Translations under genes and position numbers: made by a program | Part shown: one piece after another, positions 1 to 10,324 of the stretch | How positions within the stretch are numbered: position 1 is the stretch's first letter | Layout: each line of letters starts with the position of its first letter | The notes under the pieces: model-generated | Databases searched by the model: none | Told to the model about the DNA's origin: nothing | Seen by the model: the letters and a program-made list of their open reading frames with translations, nothing else | DNA from: an uncultured Clostridia bacterium | GTDB lineage: Bacteria; Bacillota; Clostridia; Lachnospirales; Bianqueaceae | DNA length: 64,000 nucleotides | NCBI GenBank assembly: GCA_944383515.1 | Contig: CALWPV010000026.1 | Location: forward strand, 19,377 to 83,376 | Reading direction: 5' to 3'

Positions 1-596
1 TTTTTTCTTTTAACGCTATGGAAAATAAAAATGCAAAGTGTAGCAGTTAAAATACATAAAACAATAATGCCCACTAGCTGCAAATAGAAAGAAGAAATAC
101 CCATGGTTTGTAACGAAGCAGCATATTCTTCCAGCGCCTCTAGGGAAAGCGATTCCGTAACCATTTCGGAGAGTCTGCCTTCAGCCGACATGGAAGCGAC
201 CCGGGCATAGCTGACAGCATTCGTAGAGAGAATCATGGCCTCTGCCAACCAGTATGAAATTCCTAGGGAAATCGCGTCGTAAATTCGTATATTCACTTTC
301 AGAACAAACCGCATAATAACATATAGTGTCAGACCTTGGAAAATCACATTCAAAATAATGTTAGTGATTTCTGATAGCAGCGCATGCTTCTCCCAAAAGG
401 CCTGATCCATACCAATAGAAGCCAGCATCATACTGGCAAAAGCCATTAAAATGTTTACCGCCAGAAAGTATCCGCCGATTCCGCAAATAATGGTAGAAAT
501 ACGATACTTATGCGCTCTGCGCAAAACCATGAGGGCGATAACGGGAATTAGAATTTCCAGTCCGCCAATGACGTATAATTGCAACGAAGTGCTCAT
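1..596 (-). CDS. polytopic membrane protein; the C-terminus lies outside the window, so it is absent from the ORF track
   Basis: My own translation of the minus strand from ATG 596-594 gives MSTSLQLYVIGGLEILIPVIALMVLRRAHKYRIS... GGAGGT lies at 606-601. The frame stays open to base 1 and contains several hydrophobic helices. Confidence 0.55.
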   Translation of the reverse strand, partial: MSTSLQLYVIGGLEILIPVIALMVLRRAHKYRISTIICGIGGYFLAVNILMAFASMMLASIGMDQAFWEKHALLSEITNIILNVIFQGLTLYVIMRFVLKVNIRIYDAISLGISYWLAEAMILSTNAVSYARVASMSAEGRLSEMVTESLSLEALEEYAASLQTMGISSFYLQLVGIIVLCILTATLCIFIFHSVKRK

Positions 597-683
597 AAAA
601 ACCTCCTGTAGATTGTCAAAAATTCAAAATGCACAAGTACTATTATACATCAGATCGCATAGTTTGTACAGAAAAAGATGCTT

Positions 684-2165
684 CTATTTGACAGGTTTTT
701 CCTTAGAAGCTTGTTGTTTTTCTTTTTGTCGTTTTACTTCGATAATTGGTTTTCGCAGGAGTATATTCGAAAGCGCTTTGCCATCGAACGGAATTAAGGG
801 CCAGGTATAGCGAAGCCCGCTAAAGGAGCGAGTAGAGTAGAGAACCCAAAAAAGAGTTCCAATCCCAACGATATATCCAATATAACTTAAAAGTCCGGTG
901 GTCACTAAGATAAAGACCCGGTAAATCCGTAGTCCCATACCAAATTCAATACTGGGAACCGCGTAAGTTGCCAGCGAAGATATGGCCATGAAAAGAACGG
1001 TATCTGGAGTCAGAAGCTGAATTTGAATCGCATATTCTCCGAGAATCAATCCGCCTATAATACTCATAGCCGTACTTAAGCTAGAGGGCGTATGAATAGA
1101 AGCCATACGCAATATCTCCAAATTAAGTTCTACTAATAGAAGCTGAATAAATAAGGGGAAATACGCCTGCTCTTCAGGAACTAAAAATGACAAAAACGCC
1201 GGAATGCTGTCGGGATTTTCGGCAATGAGAAGCCACGTCGGTGTAAAGAAAATAGAAATGAAAATGGCGGTAAAACGAATCCAGCGAATAAACGTACCGA
1301 CCAGTGGGTTTTGGTAATAATCCTCTGAATGCTGCGTGAAGTGGAATAAGGTGGCCGGAAAAAGCATAACTGACGGAGAGGTATCGACAAAAATGGCAAC
1401 ATGTCCTTCCAGCAGATGGGCTGAAACAACGTCAGGACGCTCTGTAAACTTGGCCTGCGGAAATGGATTATACCACCGTTTTTTAATCATGAGCTCTTCT
1501 AAGGTTTTCTCGCCCATAACCAAGGCTTCCGTGTCCAAATTCTGGATTGTTTCCCGAATATGACTAACCAAATGGTCGTCGGCCACGCCCTGAATATACC
1601 CGATAGCCACATCGGTTTGAGACCGGCTTCCTACCTTCTTGATTTCATAGACCAGATGAGGATCCCTTATTCTTCTGCGGACCAAAGCCGTATTAAAAAT
1701 AATGGTTTCCACCATACCGTCCCGAGAGCCTCGCGTTACCTTTTCTAAATCAGGTTCTTCCGGCCCACGGGCCGGATAATTACGCATATCTAAAATCAGG
1801 CCCTCGGAAAATCCGTCAATAAAGAGGGCAGTATATCCGGAAAGAATTCCGGTAATAACGGGTTTCCACTCGGTTTGTCGTGTAACTTCCGTATTTCCCA
1901 GCTGAATGCGTATAAAATCGGTAATGCTATCTACGCCGTCGGTTTCCAAATTGCTTTGAAATCGCTGAAAAAGACGTAAAAATAAATTTGAATTAACTAA
2001 ACCGTTAATCATAACATAGTAGCCAGCGTGGCCTCCTATTGTAATATTTCTGGCAATTATATCAAAACTCTTACCAATGGGAAGCTCTTTTTTTAATCGA
2101 ATTATATTGGTAGATAAATTGGCAGACAAAACATCTGTACTTGGCTGCTTTTGATTTTCTTGCAT
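684..2165 (-). CDS. GerA-family spore germination protein (SpoVAF/GerAA-like)
   Basis: It has an N-terminal soluble domain plus a C-terminal 5-TM region typical of the GerA/SpoVAF family. The start was trimmed to ATG 2165, which is preceded by AAGGGA. No gerAB/gerAC-like genes follow. Confidence 0.8.
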   Translation of the reverse strand: MQENQKQPSTDVLSANLSTNIIRLKKELPIGKSFDIIARNITIGGHAGYYVMINGLVNSNLFLRLFQRFQSNLETDGVDSITDFIRIQLGNTEVTRQTEWKPVITGILSGYTALFIDGFSEGLILDMRNYPARGPEEPDLEKVTRGSRDGMVETIIFNTALVRRRIRDPHLVYEIKKVGSRSQTDVAIGYIQGVADDHLVSHIRETIQNLDTEALVMGEKTLEELMIKKRWYNPFPQAKFTERPDVVSAHLLEGHVAIFVDTSPSVMLFPATLFHFTQHSEDYYQNPLVGTFIRWIRFTAIFISIFFTPTWLLIAENPDSIPAFLSFLVPEEQAYFPLFIQLLLVELNLEILRMASIHTPSSLSTAMSIIGGLILGEYAIQIQLLTPDTVLFMAISSLATYAVPSIEFGMGLRIYRVFILVTTGLLSYIGYIVGIGTLFWVLYSTRSFSGLRYTWPLIPFDGKALSNILLRKPIIEVKRQKEKQQASKEKPVK

Positions 2166-2232
2166 AGTAGATCCCTTTCTATATAAAACGGGTAATGAAA
2201 TGAAATAGGCCATAGAGATTCAAGATTGCCGT

Positions 2233-2262
2233 TAGTTTGTATATTTTAACCTCGAAATATTC
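2233..2262 (-). promoter_or_regulatory. forespore sigma-G/F-like promoter candidate upstream of the spoVAF-like gene
   Basis: The minus strand reads GAATA-N18-CAAACTA, compared with the sigma-G consensus GHATR-N17/18-CATNNTA. Confidence 0.3.
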
Positions 2263-2320
2263 TCACTTTCGGAAGCATTTAGGCATCTTGCGAATTCTAC
2301 AATTTCTACCCATTTTTGCC

Positions 2321-2349
2321 TTTTCATTCCTAACTCGATATGATATAAT
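2321..2349 (+). promoter_or_regulatory. sigma-A promoter candidate for prs
   Basis: An extended -10 TGATATAAT lies at 2341-2349. A weak -35 TTTTCA sits 17 nt upstream. Confidence 0.4.
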
Positions 2350-2410
2350 CCAGATAGGCTTTATTTAGTCTAAAATTGAATTTAATACTGAAGAAAGCGA
2401 GGATTCATCC

Positions 2411-3595
2411 ATGCCTTTTTCCGCTACATCCGACCATGTGAAACATCAACAGGTAGCGCCGCTTGGCCTTCTGACCATGGACAGTGCCAAAGAATTAGGA
2501 CATCAAGTCGATGAACATTTACAGACTCTCTATAAGAGTTTAGAGGATCAAATTTGTCAAGAAGCCGATTCCTCTTTTATGATCGACAGTTCTTTTCCAC
2601 GGTTCCAAAATGGCGACGCCAAGGGAGTTATCAATCAATCTGTCAGAGGTCTTGATCTTTACTTATTAACCGATGTTGGAAACTACAATTGCCATTATAA
2701 GATGTATGGGCAAGAAGTACCTATGTCGCCGGACGATCATTTTGCCGATTTAAAAAGAGCGATTCAAGCCATTGGTGGAAAAGCTCACCGTATTACGGTT
2801 ATTATGCCGAATATGTATGGAGCTCGTCAGCATCGCCGTAGTTATCGGGAATCTTTGGACTGCGCCGTAGCTTTGCAAGAGCTGCAAAACATGGGTGTAT
2901 CTTCTATTTTAACGTTCGATGCCCATGATCCTAGGGTACAAAATGCGGTTCCTCTTATGGGATTTGACAATGTTATGCCTTCCTATCAGGTGCTCAAAAC
3001 ATTATTAAAACATGTTCCTGATATTTGTTTGGAAAAAGAGCATTTTATGGTAGTGAGCCCGGATGAAGGGGCTATTTCTCGTAACGTATTTTACGCTTCA
3101 ATTCTTGGCGTTGATATGGGTATGTACTATAAACGCCGTGATTATTCGAAGATTGTTAATGGACGCAATCCCATTGTGGCCCATGAGTTCCTTGGCAGCG
3201 ATATTGCTGGTAAAGACGTCTTGGTTTATGACGATATGATCGCCTCGGGTGATTCTATGCTGGATATTGCCTATGACTTAAACAAGAGAGGCGCTCGCAG
3301 AGTCTTTGCCGGTTGCACCTATGCGCTCTTTACGGAAGGCATTGAACGCTTTAACGAAGCAGTGGAGAAGGGCGTTTTGGCCGGAGTGCTTTCAACGAAC
3401 CTTACATACCGTCGTCCTGAACTTCTGGCGGCCCCGTGGTACTATGAAGTAGATGTTTCAAAATATGTAGCGTATTTTATCGCTTCTATGAACCACAATA
3501 TGTCGGTCAATACACTGCTCGATCCTCACCAGAAGATTCGCGATTTAATTGATGCGCATAAAAAAGGCCAATTAGAACAAATGAATCTATTTTAA
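2411..3595 (+). CDS. prs: ribose-phosphate pyrophosphokinase family protein (long form)
   Basis: It carries PRPP synthetase motifs (RITVIMPNMYGARQHRR, DAHD, VSPDEGA and the PRPP loop VYDDMIASGDS). Confidence 0.85.
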   Translation: MPFSATSDHVKHQQVAPLGLLTMDSAKELGHQVDEHLQTLYKSLEDQICQEADSSFMIDSSFPRFQNGDAKGVINQSVRGLDLYLLTDVGNYNCHYKMYGQEVPMSPDDHFADLKRAIQAIGGKAHRITVIMPNMYGARQHRRSYRESLDCAVALQELQNMGVSSILTFDAHDPRVQNAVPLMGFDNVMPSYQVLKTLLKHVPDICLEKEHFMVVSPDEGAISRNVFYASILGVDMGMYYKRRDYSKIVNGRNPIVAHEFLGSDIAGKDVLVYDDMIASGDSMLDIAYDLNKRGARRVFAGCTYALFTEGIERFNEAVEKGVLAGVLSTNLTYRRPELLAAPWYYEVDVSKYVAYFIASMNHNMSVNTLLDPHQKIRDLIDAHKKGQLEQMNLF

Positions 3596-3611
3596 GCCGC
3601 AGACATAACAA

Positions 3612-3654
3612 AAGAAGGATGATTCTCCCAAAAATAGAATCATCCTTCTTTTTA
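3612..3654. terminator. bidirectional intrinsic terminator between prs and lexA
   Basis: A 15-bp perfect stem AAGAAGGATGATTCT/AGAATCATCCTTCTT is flanked by an A-run on one side and a T-run on the other. Confidence 0.7.
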
Positions 3655-3676
3655 TGCTCACGTACGAAATCGTTGA

Positions 3677-4363
3677 TTACATGGTTCTGAAAAGACCAAT
3701 GACTTTACCTAAAATGGTACAGTCTTTAACTAAAATAGGATCCATAAAGTCGTTTTCCGGTTGTAATCGAATGAAGTCTTTTTCACGATAAAAAGTTTTT
3801 ACCGTTACACTATCTCCTAATAAAGCTACCACTTTATCATGGTTGTCAGCAGAGTTTTGAGAACGCACCAAAATTAAATCGCCTTCAAAAATGCCGGCAT
3901 TCACCATGCTTTCGCCCTGAACGCGAAGCATAAAACACTCCGAATTATGAGTCAGCTCAACCGGAATAGGGAAATAATCTTCAATATTTTCTACAGCTAA
4001 AATGGGTTCTCCGGCGCGGACTCGGCCTAAAATAGGAACCGCAACCAGTTCCGGGCCAGATACGGGGTTCTGAAAGGCTATGACGCGCTCAGAAGAGTGT
4101 ATGCGCTCGGAAGCGTGTGGAGTAGAGGGCTCGGCATTTTCTTCCGGCTCCGGACGCCGATAAATTTCAATCGCGCGGGGTTTAGAAGGATCACGATGAA
4201 TATATCCTTTTTCCTCTAATCGAGCTAAATGCCCATGCACCGTAGAAGTGGAGCGCAATCCGACCGCTTCGCAAATTTCACGTACAGAAGGAGGAAACCC
4301 TTTCAGTTCCTGCCGCTTAATAATATATTCCAGAATTTCTCGCTGCTTATTTGACAATGCCAT
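3677..4363 (-). CDS. lexA: LexA SOS repressor
   Basis: It has an N-terminal winged HTH (REILEYI...VREICEAVGLRSTSTVHGHLARLEEKGYI) and a C-terminal S24 peptidase domain (GESM...KV). Confidence 0.95.
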   Translation of the reverse strand: MALSNKQREILEYIIKRQELKGFPPSVREICEAVGLRSTSTVHGHLARLEEKGYIHRDPSKPRAIEIYRRPEPEENAEPSTPHASERIHSSERVIAFQNPVSGPELVAVPILGRVRAGEPILAVENIEDYFPIPVELTHNSECFMLRVQGESMVNAGIFEGDLILVRSQNSADNHDKVVALLGDSVTVKTFYREKDFIRLQPENDFMDPILVKDCTILGKVIGLFRTM

Positions 4364-4448
4364 ACTATGTTCTACCTTTCTAATGCGAACTGATACATTT
4401 CCTTTTGTTCAGTGACCTAAAGCTACTAGTCTATGTATGATTAACGAT

Positions 4449-4488
4449 ATTCTAACATAGTATCGAAAAAAAGTCAAACGGATGTTCG
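4449..4488 (-). promoter_or_regulatory. lexA promoter with an overlapping LexA (Cheo) box
   Basis: The minus strand reads TTGACT-N17-TAGAAT. The box CAAACGGATGTTCG (4475-4488) has one mismatch to CGAAC-N4-GTTCG and overlaps the -35. Confidence 0.6.
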
Positions 4489-4517
4489 ACTTTTTTATGT
4501 TATTTAATTTTTATCGC

Positions 4518-4577
4518 TTGACAAGAACGGATTTTCGATCTATAATAAGAACACGCTATCGATCGAACATATTTTCG
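4518..4577 (+). promoter_or_regulatory. yneA-like promoter with two LexA boxes
   Basis: TTGACA (4518-4523), a 17-nt spacer and TATAAT (4541-4546) form the promoter. Box AGAACGGATTTTCG (4524-4537) fills the spacer. Box CGAACATATTTTCG (4564-4577) lies just downstream of the -10. Confidence 0.65.
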
Positions 4578-4592
4578 CTAGGAGGTGTTTTT

Positions 4593-4949
4593 ATGGCAGA
4601 TTATCGTTATAGAAAACTGTTGCTTCGTTATAAGCAGACCAGCCGGCATTACCGGCAACTGATTATTGTATTATGTATCGTGATTGCCTGGTTAGTGATC
4701 CTGTTAGTACTGGCTCAGAATAATACTGCCCAGGCGGACGAAGGGAAAACGATTACCTATCAGAGTGTCTTAGTGCACCCGGGCGATACTCTTTGGGGGT
4801 TAGCAGATACATACTGTAATTCCGATATGAATGTAGAGGATTATGTCAATGAAATTCGCCGTATCAATAATATGAAAAATAGCGATCTCATTTCCGGCGA
4901 ATATATTATTCTTCCCACTGTTCACTCGTTATCTGCCGATGCTGTTTAA
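4593..4949 (+). CDS. yneA: YneA-like SOS cell-division inhibitor (single TM plus LysM domain)
   Basis: It lies divergent from lexA. GGAGG sits 7 nt upstream of ATG 4593. It has a TM helix (LIIVLCIVIAWLVILLVLA) and a LysM domain (YQSVLVHPGDTLWGLADTY...GEYIILP). Confidence 0.75.
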   Translation: MADYRYRKLLLRYKQTSRHYRQLIIVLCIVIAWLVILLVLAQNNTAQADEGKTITYQSVLVHPGDTLWGLADTYCNSDMNVEDYVNEIRRINNMKNSDLISGEYIILPTVHSLSADAV

Positions 4950-5011
4950 GACAGCGGCGGCCGTCTAGTTTTTTTTGACAGCTTCCTTTTTTGTTTAAAT
5001 ATATGGGGGGA

Positions 5012-5063
5012 GAAGAGGCATGTGTTTTGTTTCCCGTTCAAAACATATGCCTTCTTCGCTTTT
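5012..5063 (+). terminator. intrinsic terminator after the yneA-like gene
   Basis: A stem of about 17 bp, GAAGAGGCATGTGTTTTG/CAAAACATATGCCTTCTTC, is followed by GCTTTT. Confidence 0.6.
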
Positions 5064-5123
5064 ATGGTGCTCCTTAAAGTGCCTTCCGGCCTCTAAAATA
5101 GCTATTTTCTGTCATTAAAACCC

Positions 5124-5233
5124 TTGACATCTACTTAACTTTATGATAAACTCCTATCGTTGCCGCACGAAGAGGTTATAAATCCCCTTGGGGTACCATA
5201 TTCGGCGAGTTTAGATGAGAAGGAGGTGCTCGG
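5124..5233 (+). promoter_or_regulatory. rplU promoter and 5' leader (possible L21-type ribosomal-protein leader)
   Basis: TTGACA lies at 5124-5129 and a TGATAAACT-like extended -10 lies about 16 nt downstream. The roughly 80-nt structured leader ends in AGGAGG. I could not score leader-family membership here. Confidence 0.4.
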
Positions 5234-5545
5234 ATGTACGCTGTCATTGAAACAGGTGGTAAACAGTACCGGGTACAAGAAGGAGACGTCATCTCTGTTG
5301 AAAAGTTAGGTTTAATCGAGGGAGAAACGTACAATTTTGACAAAGTTTTGATGGTTGCTAATGACGCAGATATCAAAACGGGAAGTCCTTATGTCGAGGG
5401 TGCTTCTGTAAAAGCTACTGTTATTACCGAAGGACGTGGCAAAAAAATCTACGTTTACAAGTATAAGTCCAAGAAGACCTATCACAAAAAGACCGGACAC
5501 AGACAGTATTTTACTAAGCTGCAGATTAATGCTATTCATGCATGA
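5234..5545 (+). CDS. rplU: 50S ribosomal protein L21
   Basis: It begins [18 protein letters not shown], the canonical L21 N-terminus. Confidence 0.97.
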   Translation: MYAVIETGGKQYRVQEGDVISVEKLGLIEGETYNFDKVLMVANDADIKTGSPYVEGASVKATVITEGRGKKIYVYKYKSKKTYHKKTGHRQYFTKLQINAIHA

Positions 5546-5880
5546 TTACTGCTAAGCTTTTCCAAAACGAGGCAGCGCGATACTGGGGATTTCAAATTTC
5601 CGGCCATGCAGATTATGCAGAGGTAGGAGAAGATATTATCTGCGCGGCAGTTTCTGCTCTTGCGCTTAATACAATCAACTCGATTGAAGCTTTAACCCCA
5701 GCGCGTCCCGATAATCGGATAGAAGAAGGCTTTTTACGTTGTCAGATCTGGCAACTGAAAGAAGATCCTGCAAGCTGTCCTCAGGCGTCGCTTTTACTCG
5801 ATGCCTTGGCGCTTGGGCTGCAATCCATTGTCGAAAGTTATGGAACAGAATATCTTTGTGTTTCGACGATTCAAATCTAA
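5542..5880 (+). CDS. prp: ribosomal-processing cysteine protease Prp (L27 N-terminal protease)
   Basis: It sits between rplU and rpmA. It contains the conserved GHADYA...[10 protein letters not shown] His/Cys dyad region. Confidence 0.9.
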   Translation: MITAKLFQNEAARYWGFQISGHADYAEVGEDIICAAVSALALNTINSIEALTPARPDNRIEEGFLRCQIWQLKEDPASCPQASLLLDALALGLQSIVESYGTEYLCVSTIQI

Positions 5881-5895
5881 GGAGGTGCATTTCTC

Positions 5896-6189
5896 ATGTT
5901 GAAGATGAATCTTCAGTTGTTCGCTCATAAAAAGGGTGTTGGTTCTACCAAGAACGGCCGTGATTCCGAATCTAAGCGCTTGGGCGCCAAAAGAGCCGAT
6001 GGTCAGGTAGTTAAAGCCGGAAACATTTTATACCGTCAGCGTGGAACACGTATCCATCCCGGTACGAATGTTGGTATCGGTAAAGACGATACCCTGTTCG
6101 CTCTGGTTAACGGACGAGTTAAATTCGAAAGAAAAGGGCGCGACAAGAAACAGGTTTCTGTTTATCCTTTAGAGGAAGTTACCCGCTAA
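5896..6189 (+). CDS. rpmA: 50S ribosomal protein L27 with a cleavable N-terminal propeptide
   Basis: It begins [10 protein letters not shown]|[14 protein letters not shown], the Firmicute propeptide followed by the mature AHKKG-type N-terminus. Confidence 0.97.
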   Translation: MLKMNLQLFAHKKGVGSTKNGRDSESKRLGAKRADGQVVKAGNILYRQRGTRIHPGTNVGIGKDDTLFALVNGRVKFERKGRDKKQVSVYPLEEVTR

Positions 6190-6222
6190 AAGGAGCAGAG
6201 GCACAGTATTAGTAAGAACTAA

Positions 6223-7605
<1,383 letters not shown>

Positions 7606-7626
7606 TACGAAAGGGAAATCAATACT

Positions 7627-7917
7627 ATGCTAACAAGCAAACAACGGGCATTTTTAAGAAAAATGGCTCATGATATGGATCCAATCTTTCAGGTTGGTAA
7701 GGCAGGGGTCACTCCTGATCTGATTAAGGCGATTGACGACGCGTTAGAAGCTCGCGAGCTGATCAAGCTTACCGTATTAAAAAACTGCGAAGAGGAAGTG
7801 CGCAGCGTGTGTGAGAAAATTACGTCTAGAACGCATAGTGAACCGGTTCAGGTGATCGGACGTAAGTTTACCATTTATCGTCAGGCTAAAGAGAGTCATT
7901 TGGAGATTCCTGTCTAA
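7627..7917 (+). CDS. yhbY: YhbY-family CRM-domain RNA-binding protein (ribosome assembly)
   Basis: It is 96 aa and contains LTSKQRAFLRKMAH...FQVGKAGVT. It occupies the conserved position upstream of nadD. Confidence 0.85.
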   Translation: MLTSKQRAFLRKMAHDMDPIFQVGKAGVTPDLIKAIDDALEARELIKLTVLKNCEEEVRSVCEKITSRTHSEPVQVIGRKFTIYRQAKESHLEIPV

Positions 7918-8528
7918 TGAAGCATCAGCGAATTGCAGTTATGGGAGGAACCTTTGATCCGATTCATTATGGCCATTTGGTGACGGCCGAAGCCGTCATG
8001 TATGAGTTTCAAACCGATCAGGTTTTATTTATTCCCAGCGGTCAACCGCCTCATAAAACCCAAAGAGAAGTTTCTCCCGCCAATCATCGCTATTTAATGA
8101 CCTTATTAGCAACAGAGACCAATCCTCGCTTTTTCTGTTCCCGCATTGAAATTGAAAGGACTGGCTATACCTATACCGTCGATACCATTCGGCAGTTAAA
8201 AAAACTATACCCGCAGGCCGAGATTTATTTTATTACTGGAGCCGATGCCTTTTCAGAAATTCTGACCTGGAAGAATCCCGCTGAGCTTTTAAACAGCTGT
8301 CATTTAGTGGCAGCTAGCCGTCCGGGATATAGTCGTACGGCTTCGGCAGCGATGCAGCAGGTCTTACAAGAGCACCAAAAAACGGTACACATTTTGGAAG
8401 TTCCGGCATTAAGTATCTCTTCTAGCGATATTCGGCTCCGAGTCATGCAGGGACAACCCATAAAATATCTCTTACCGGAAATCGTTGAAAATTATATCTA
8501 TAAACATGGCCTCTACTGCCGAACGTAA
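7917..8528 (+). CDS. nadD: nicotinate-nucleotide adenylyltransferase
   Basis: It has the GGTFDPIHYGHL nucleotidyltransferase motif and ISSSDIR. Its start overlaps the yhbY stop. Confidence 0.93.
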   Translation: MKHQRIAVMGGTFDPIHYGHLVTAEAVMYEFQTDQVLFIPSGQPPHKTQREVSPANHRYLMTLLATETNPRFFCSRIEIERTGYTYTVDTIRQLKKLYPQAEIYFITGADAFSEILTWKNPAELLNSCHLVAASRPGYSRTASAAMQQVLQEHQKTVHILEVPALSISSSDIRLRVMQGQPIKYLLPEIVENYIYKHGLYCRT

Positions 8529-8548
8529 TAGAAGGAGGGGAGCGGCAT

Positions 8549-9181
8549 ATGACACATGAACAATACCTAGCCATACGAGAAGATATTATGCAGTGGATAG
8601 CTAAACGACTGAAAAAAGGTCGTTTTCAGCACACCTTAGGCGTAGAACAAACAGCCGTGGCTTTAGCGCAGCGATATGAAATAGATACGCAAATGGCTTC
8701 TTTGGCGGCCCTATTGCACGATAACGCTAAAAACATGGACATGGAGCAGCAGCTTCTTTTATGTCAGCAATATTTTCCGGAAATCGGTTTGTCCTCCCAA
8801 TATGCCACGGTCCTCCATGCGTTTGCCGGAGCGGCAGCGGCAAAACAGCGCTATCCTCAGTTACCTGAAGAACTCATAGAAGCCATTGCATACCATACCA
8901 CCGGACGCGCTCATATGGGGACATTAGAGAAAATTATTTATATTGCCGACTATATTGAACCCAACCGTAAATCCTTTGCAGGACTTGAAAAAGCTCGAAA
9001 ATGGGCCCAAAAAAATCTCGACCGTTGCATGGCTCTTATCTTGCAACAAACCAATGAATATGTTATGATGAATTATAAACCGGTTCATCCTTTATCCATT
9101 GAGGCCGCTCAGTATTACCATATACTGTCAAAACAAGAGATGAACCTATCTAAATCCGAGAAAAAGGAGGGAAAGAAATGA
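8549..9181 (+). CDS. yqeK: HD-domain protein YqeK (Ap4A hydrolase family)
   Basis: It has HD motifs (HTLGV, LLHDNAK, YHTTGR, IIYIADYIEPNR) and sits in the conserved nadD-yqeK-rsfS order. Confidence 0.85.
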   Translation: MTHEQYLAIREDIMQWIAKRLKKGRFQHTLGVEQTAVALAQRYEIDTQMASLAALLHDNAKNMDMEQQLLLCQQYFPEIGLSSQYATVLHAFAGAAAAKQRYPQLPEELIEAIAYHTTGRAHMGTLEKIIYIADYIEPNRKSFAGLEKARKWAQKNLDRCMALILQQTNEYVMMNYKPVHPLSIEAAQYYHILSKQEMNLSKSEKKEGKK

Positions 9182-9567
9182 GCCAATCCAAACAGAATTT
9201 ACAGGACGATCTGGCAATTTCCGGAAAAATGGCTAAAGCCGCCTATAACGCCTTAGAAGATAAACAAGGAGAAGAGATCAAGGTACTGGATATTCATGAA
9301 ATCTCTGTGCTGGCGGATTACTTCTTAATCGCCCATGGTAATAACCCCAATCATGTCAAGACACTCATTGACGCCGTTGAAGACAAAATGGCTGAGCTCG
9401 GTTATACGCCTGACCATGTGGAAGGATACCACGAGGGAACCTGGGTGCTTTTAGATTTTGGCCGCATTATTATTCATGTTTTCCATAAAGAAGCTCGTTT
9501 ATTTTATGATCTGGAGCGCATATGGTCCGACGGTAAAACCGTTGATATTGATCATTTGCCCGGATAA
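9178..9567 (+). CDS. rsfS: ribosome silencing factor RsfS (Iojap family)
   Basis: It contains DYFLIAHGNNPNHVKTL...WVLLDFGRIIIHVF, and its ATGA start overlaps the yqeK stop. Confidence 0.9.
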   Translation: MSQSKQNLQDDLAISGKMAKAAYNALEDKQGEEIKVLDIHEISVLADYFLIAHGNNPNHVKTLIDAVEDKMAELGYTPDHVEGYHEGTWVLLDFGRIIIHVFHKEARLFYDLERIWSDGKTVDIDHLPG

Positions 9568-9572
9568 CACAT

Positions 9573-9604
9573 AAAACCCGTCTGGAAGAGACGGGTTTTA
9601 TTCT
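9573..9604 (+). terminator. intrinsic terminator ending the obg-rsfS operon
   Basis: An 11-bp stem AAAACCCGTCT/AGACGGGTTTT is followed by a T-rich tail. Confidence 0.75.
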
Positions 9605-9642
9605 ATTCGCATCTATTCGCAAAACGCAAGTTTTACGAAATG

Positions 9643-10230
9643 TTACTCCTTTTTCTCCTTATAATAGCTTTGCGCATGGCTACAGGAAGGACAAATTTTC
9701 GGTGGTTCATATCCTTCATAAATATAGCCACATACCATACAGATCCATTGAATTTTTTCGGGACGCTTAAAAACTTCATTACGCTCCAGACGCTCTTTCA
9801 ATTCTAAATATCGTTGCTCATGAAATTCTTCTACCTTGGCAATGGCTCTAAAGACGGCTGCAACACTGGCAAAACCTTCTTTTTCGGCTGTTTCAGCGCC
9901 TTCTTTATATAGCGCCGACCATTCTTCATGTTCGCCTTGGGCTGCGCTAATCAGGTTTTCATGCGTATCCCCTAAGGAAACCGGAAAATCAGCGCCTATG
10001 GTAATGGCTTCATGGTTTAAACCGCCTTCCACCAATAAATTATAAAACCGTTTAGCGTGAGCCTGTTCATTATCGGCCGTCAGCTTAAAAATTTCTGCCA
10101 TTTCCATATACCCATCGCGCCGCGCCACCTCGGCAAAAAACATATACCGATTGCGCGCCTGTGATTCACCGGCAAACGCTTTCATTAAATTATCCGCCGT
10201 TTCTGTACCTTTTAATTGTAAAGTTTGCAT
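9643..10230 (-). CDS. rbr: rubrerythrin
   Basis: It has a ferritin-like diiron domain (two E..H motifs) and a C-terminal rubredoxin CxxC...CxxC (CMVCGY...CPSC). Confidence 0.92.
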   Translation of the reverse strand: MQTLQLKGTETADNLMKAFAGESQARNRYMFFAEVARRDGYMEMAEIFKLTADNEQAHAKRFYNLLVEGGLNHEAITIGADFPVSLGDTHENLISAAQGEHEEWSALYKEGAETAEKEGFASVAAVFRAIAKVEEFHEQRYLELKERLERNEVFKRPEKIQWICMVCGYIYEGYEPPKICPSCSHAQSYYKEKKE

Positions 10231-10324
10231 TGTTTAAGCTCCTTTCGTAAACAAGTGGGTAGTCATAGCTTATCCAAAAATCACCAACTTATACTTCAAA
10301 AATACTTAACTATTCGCGAAATCC

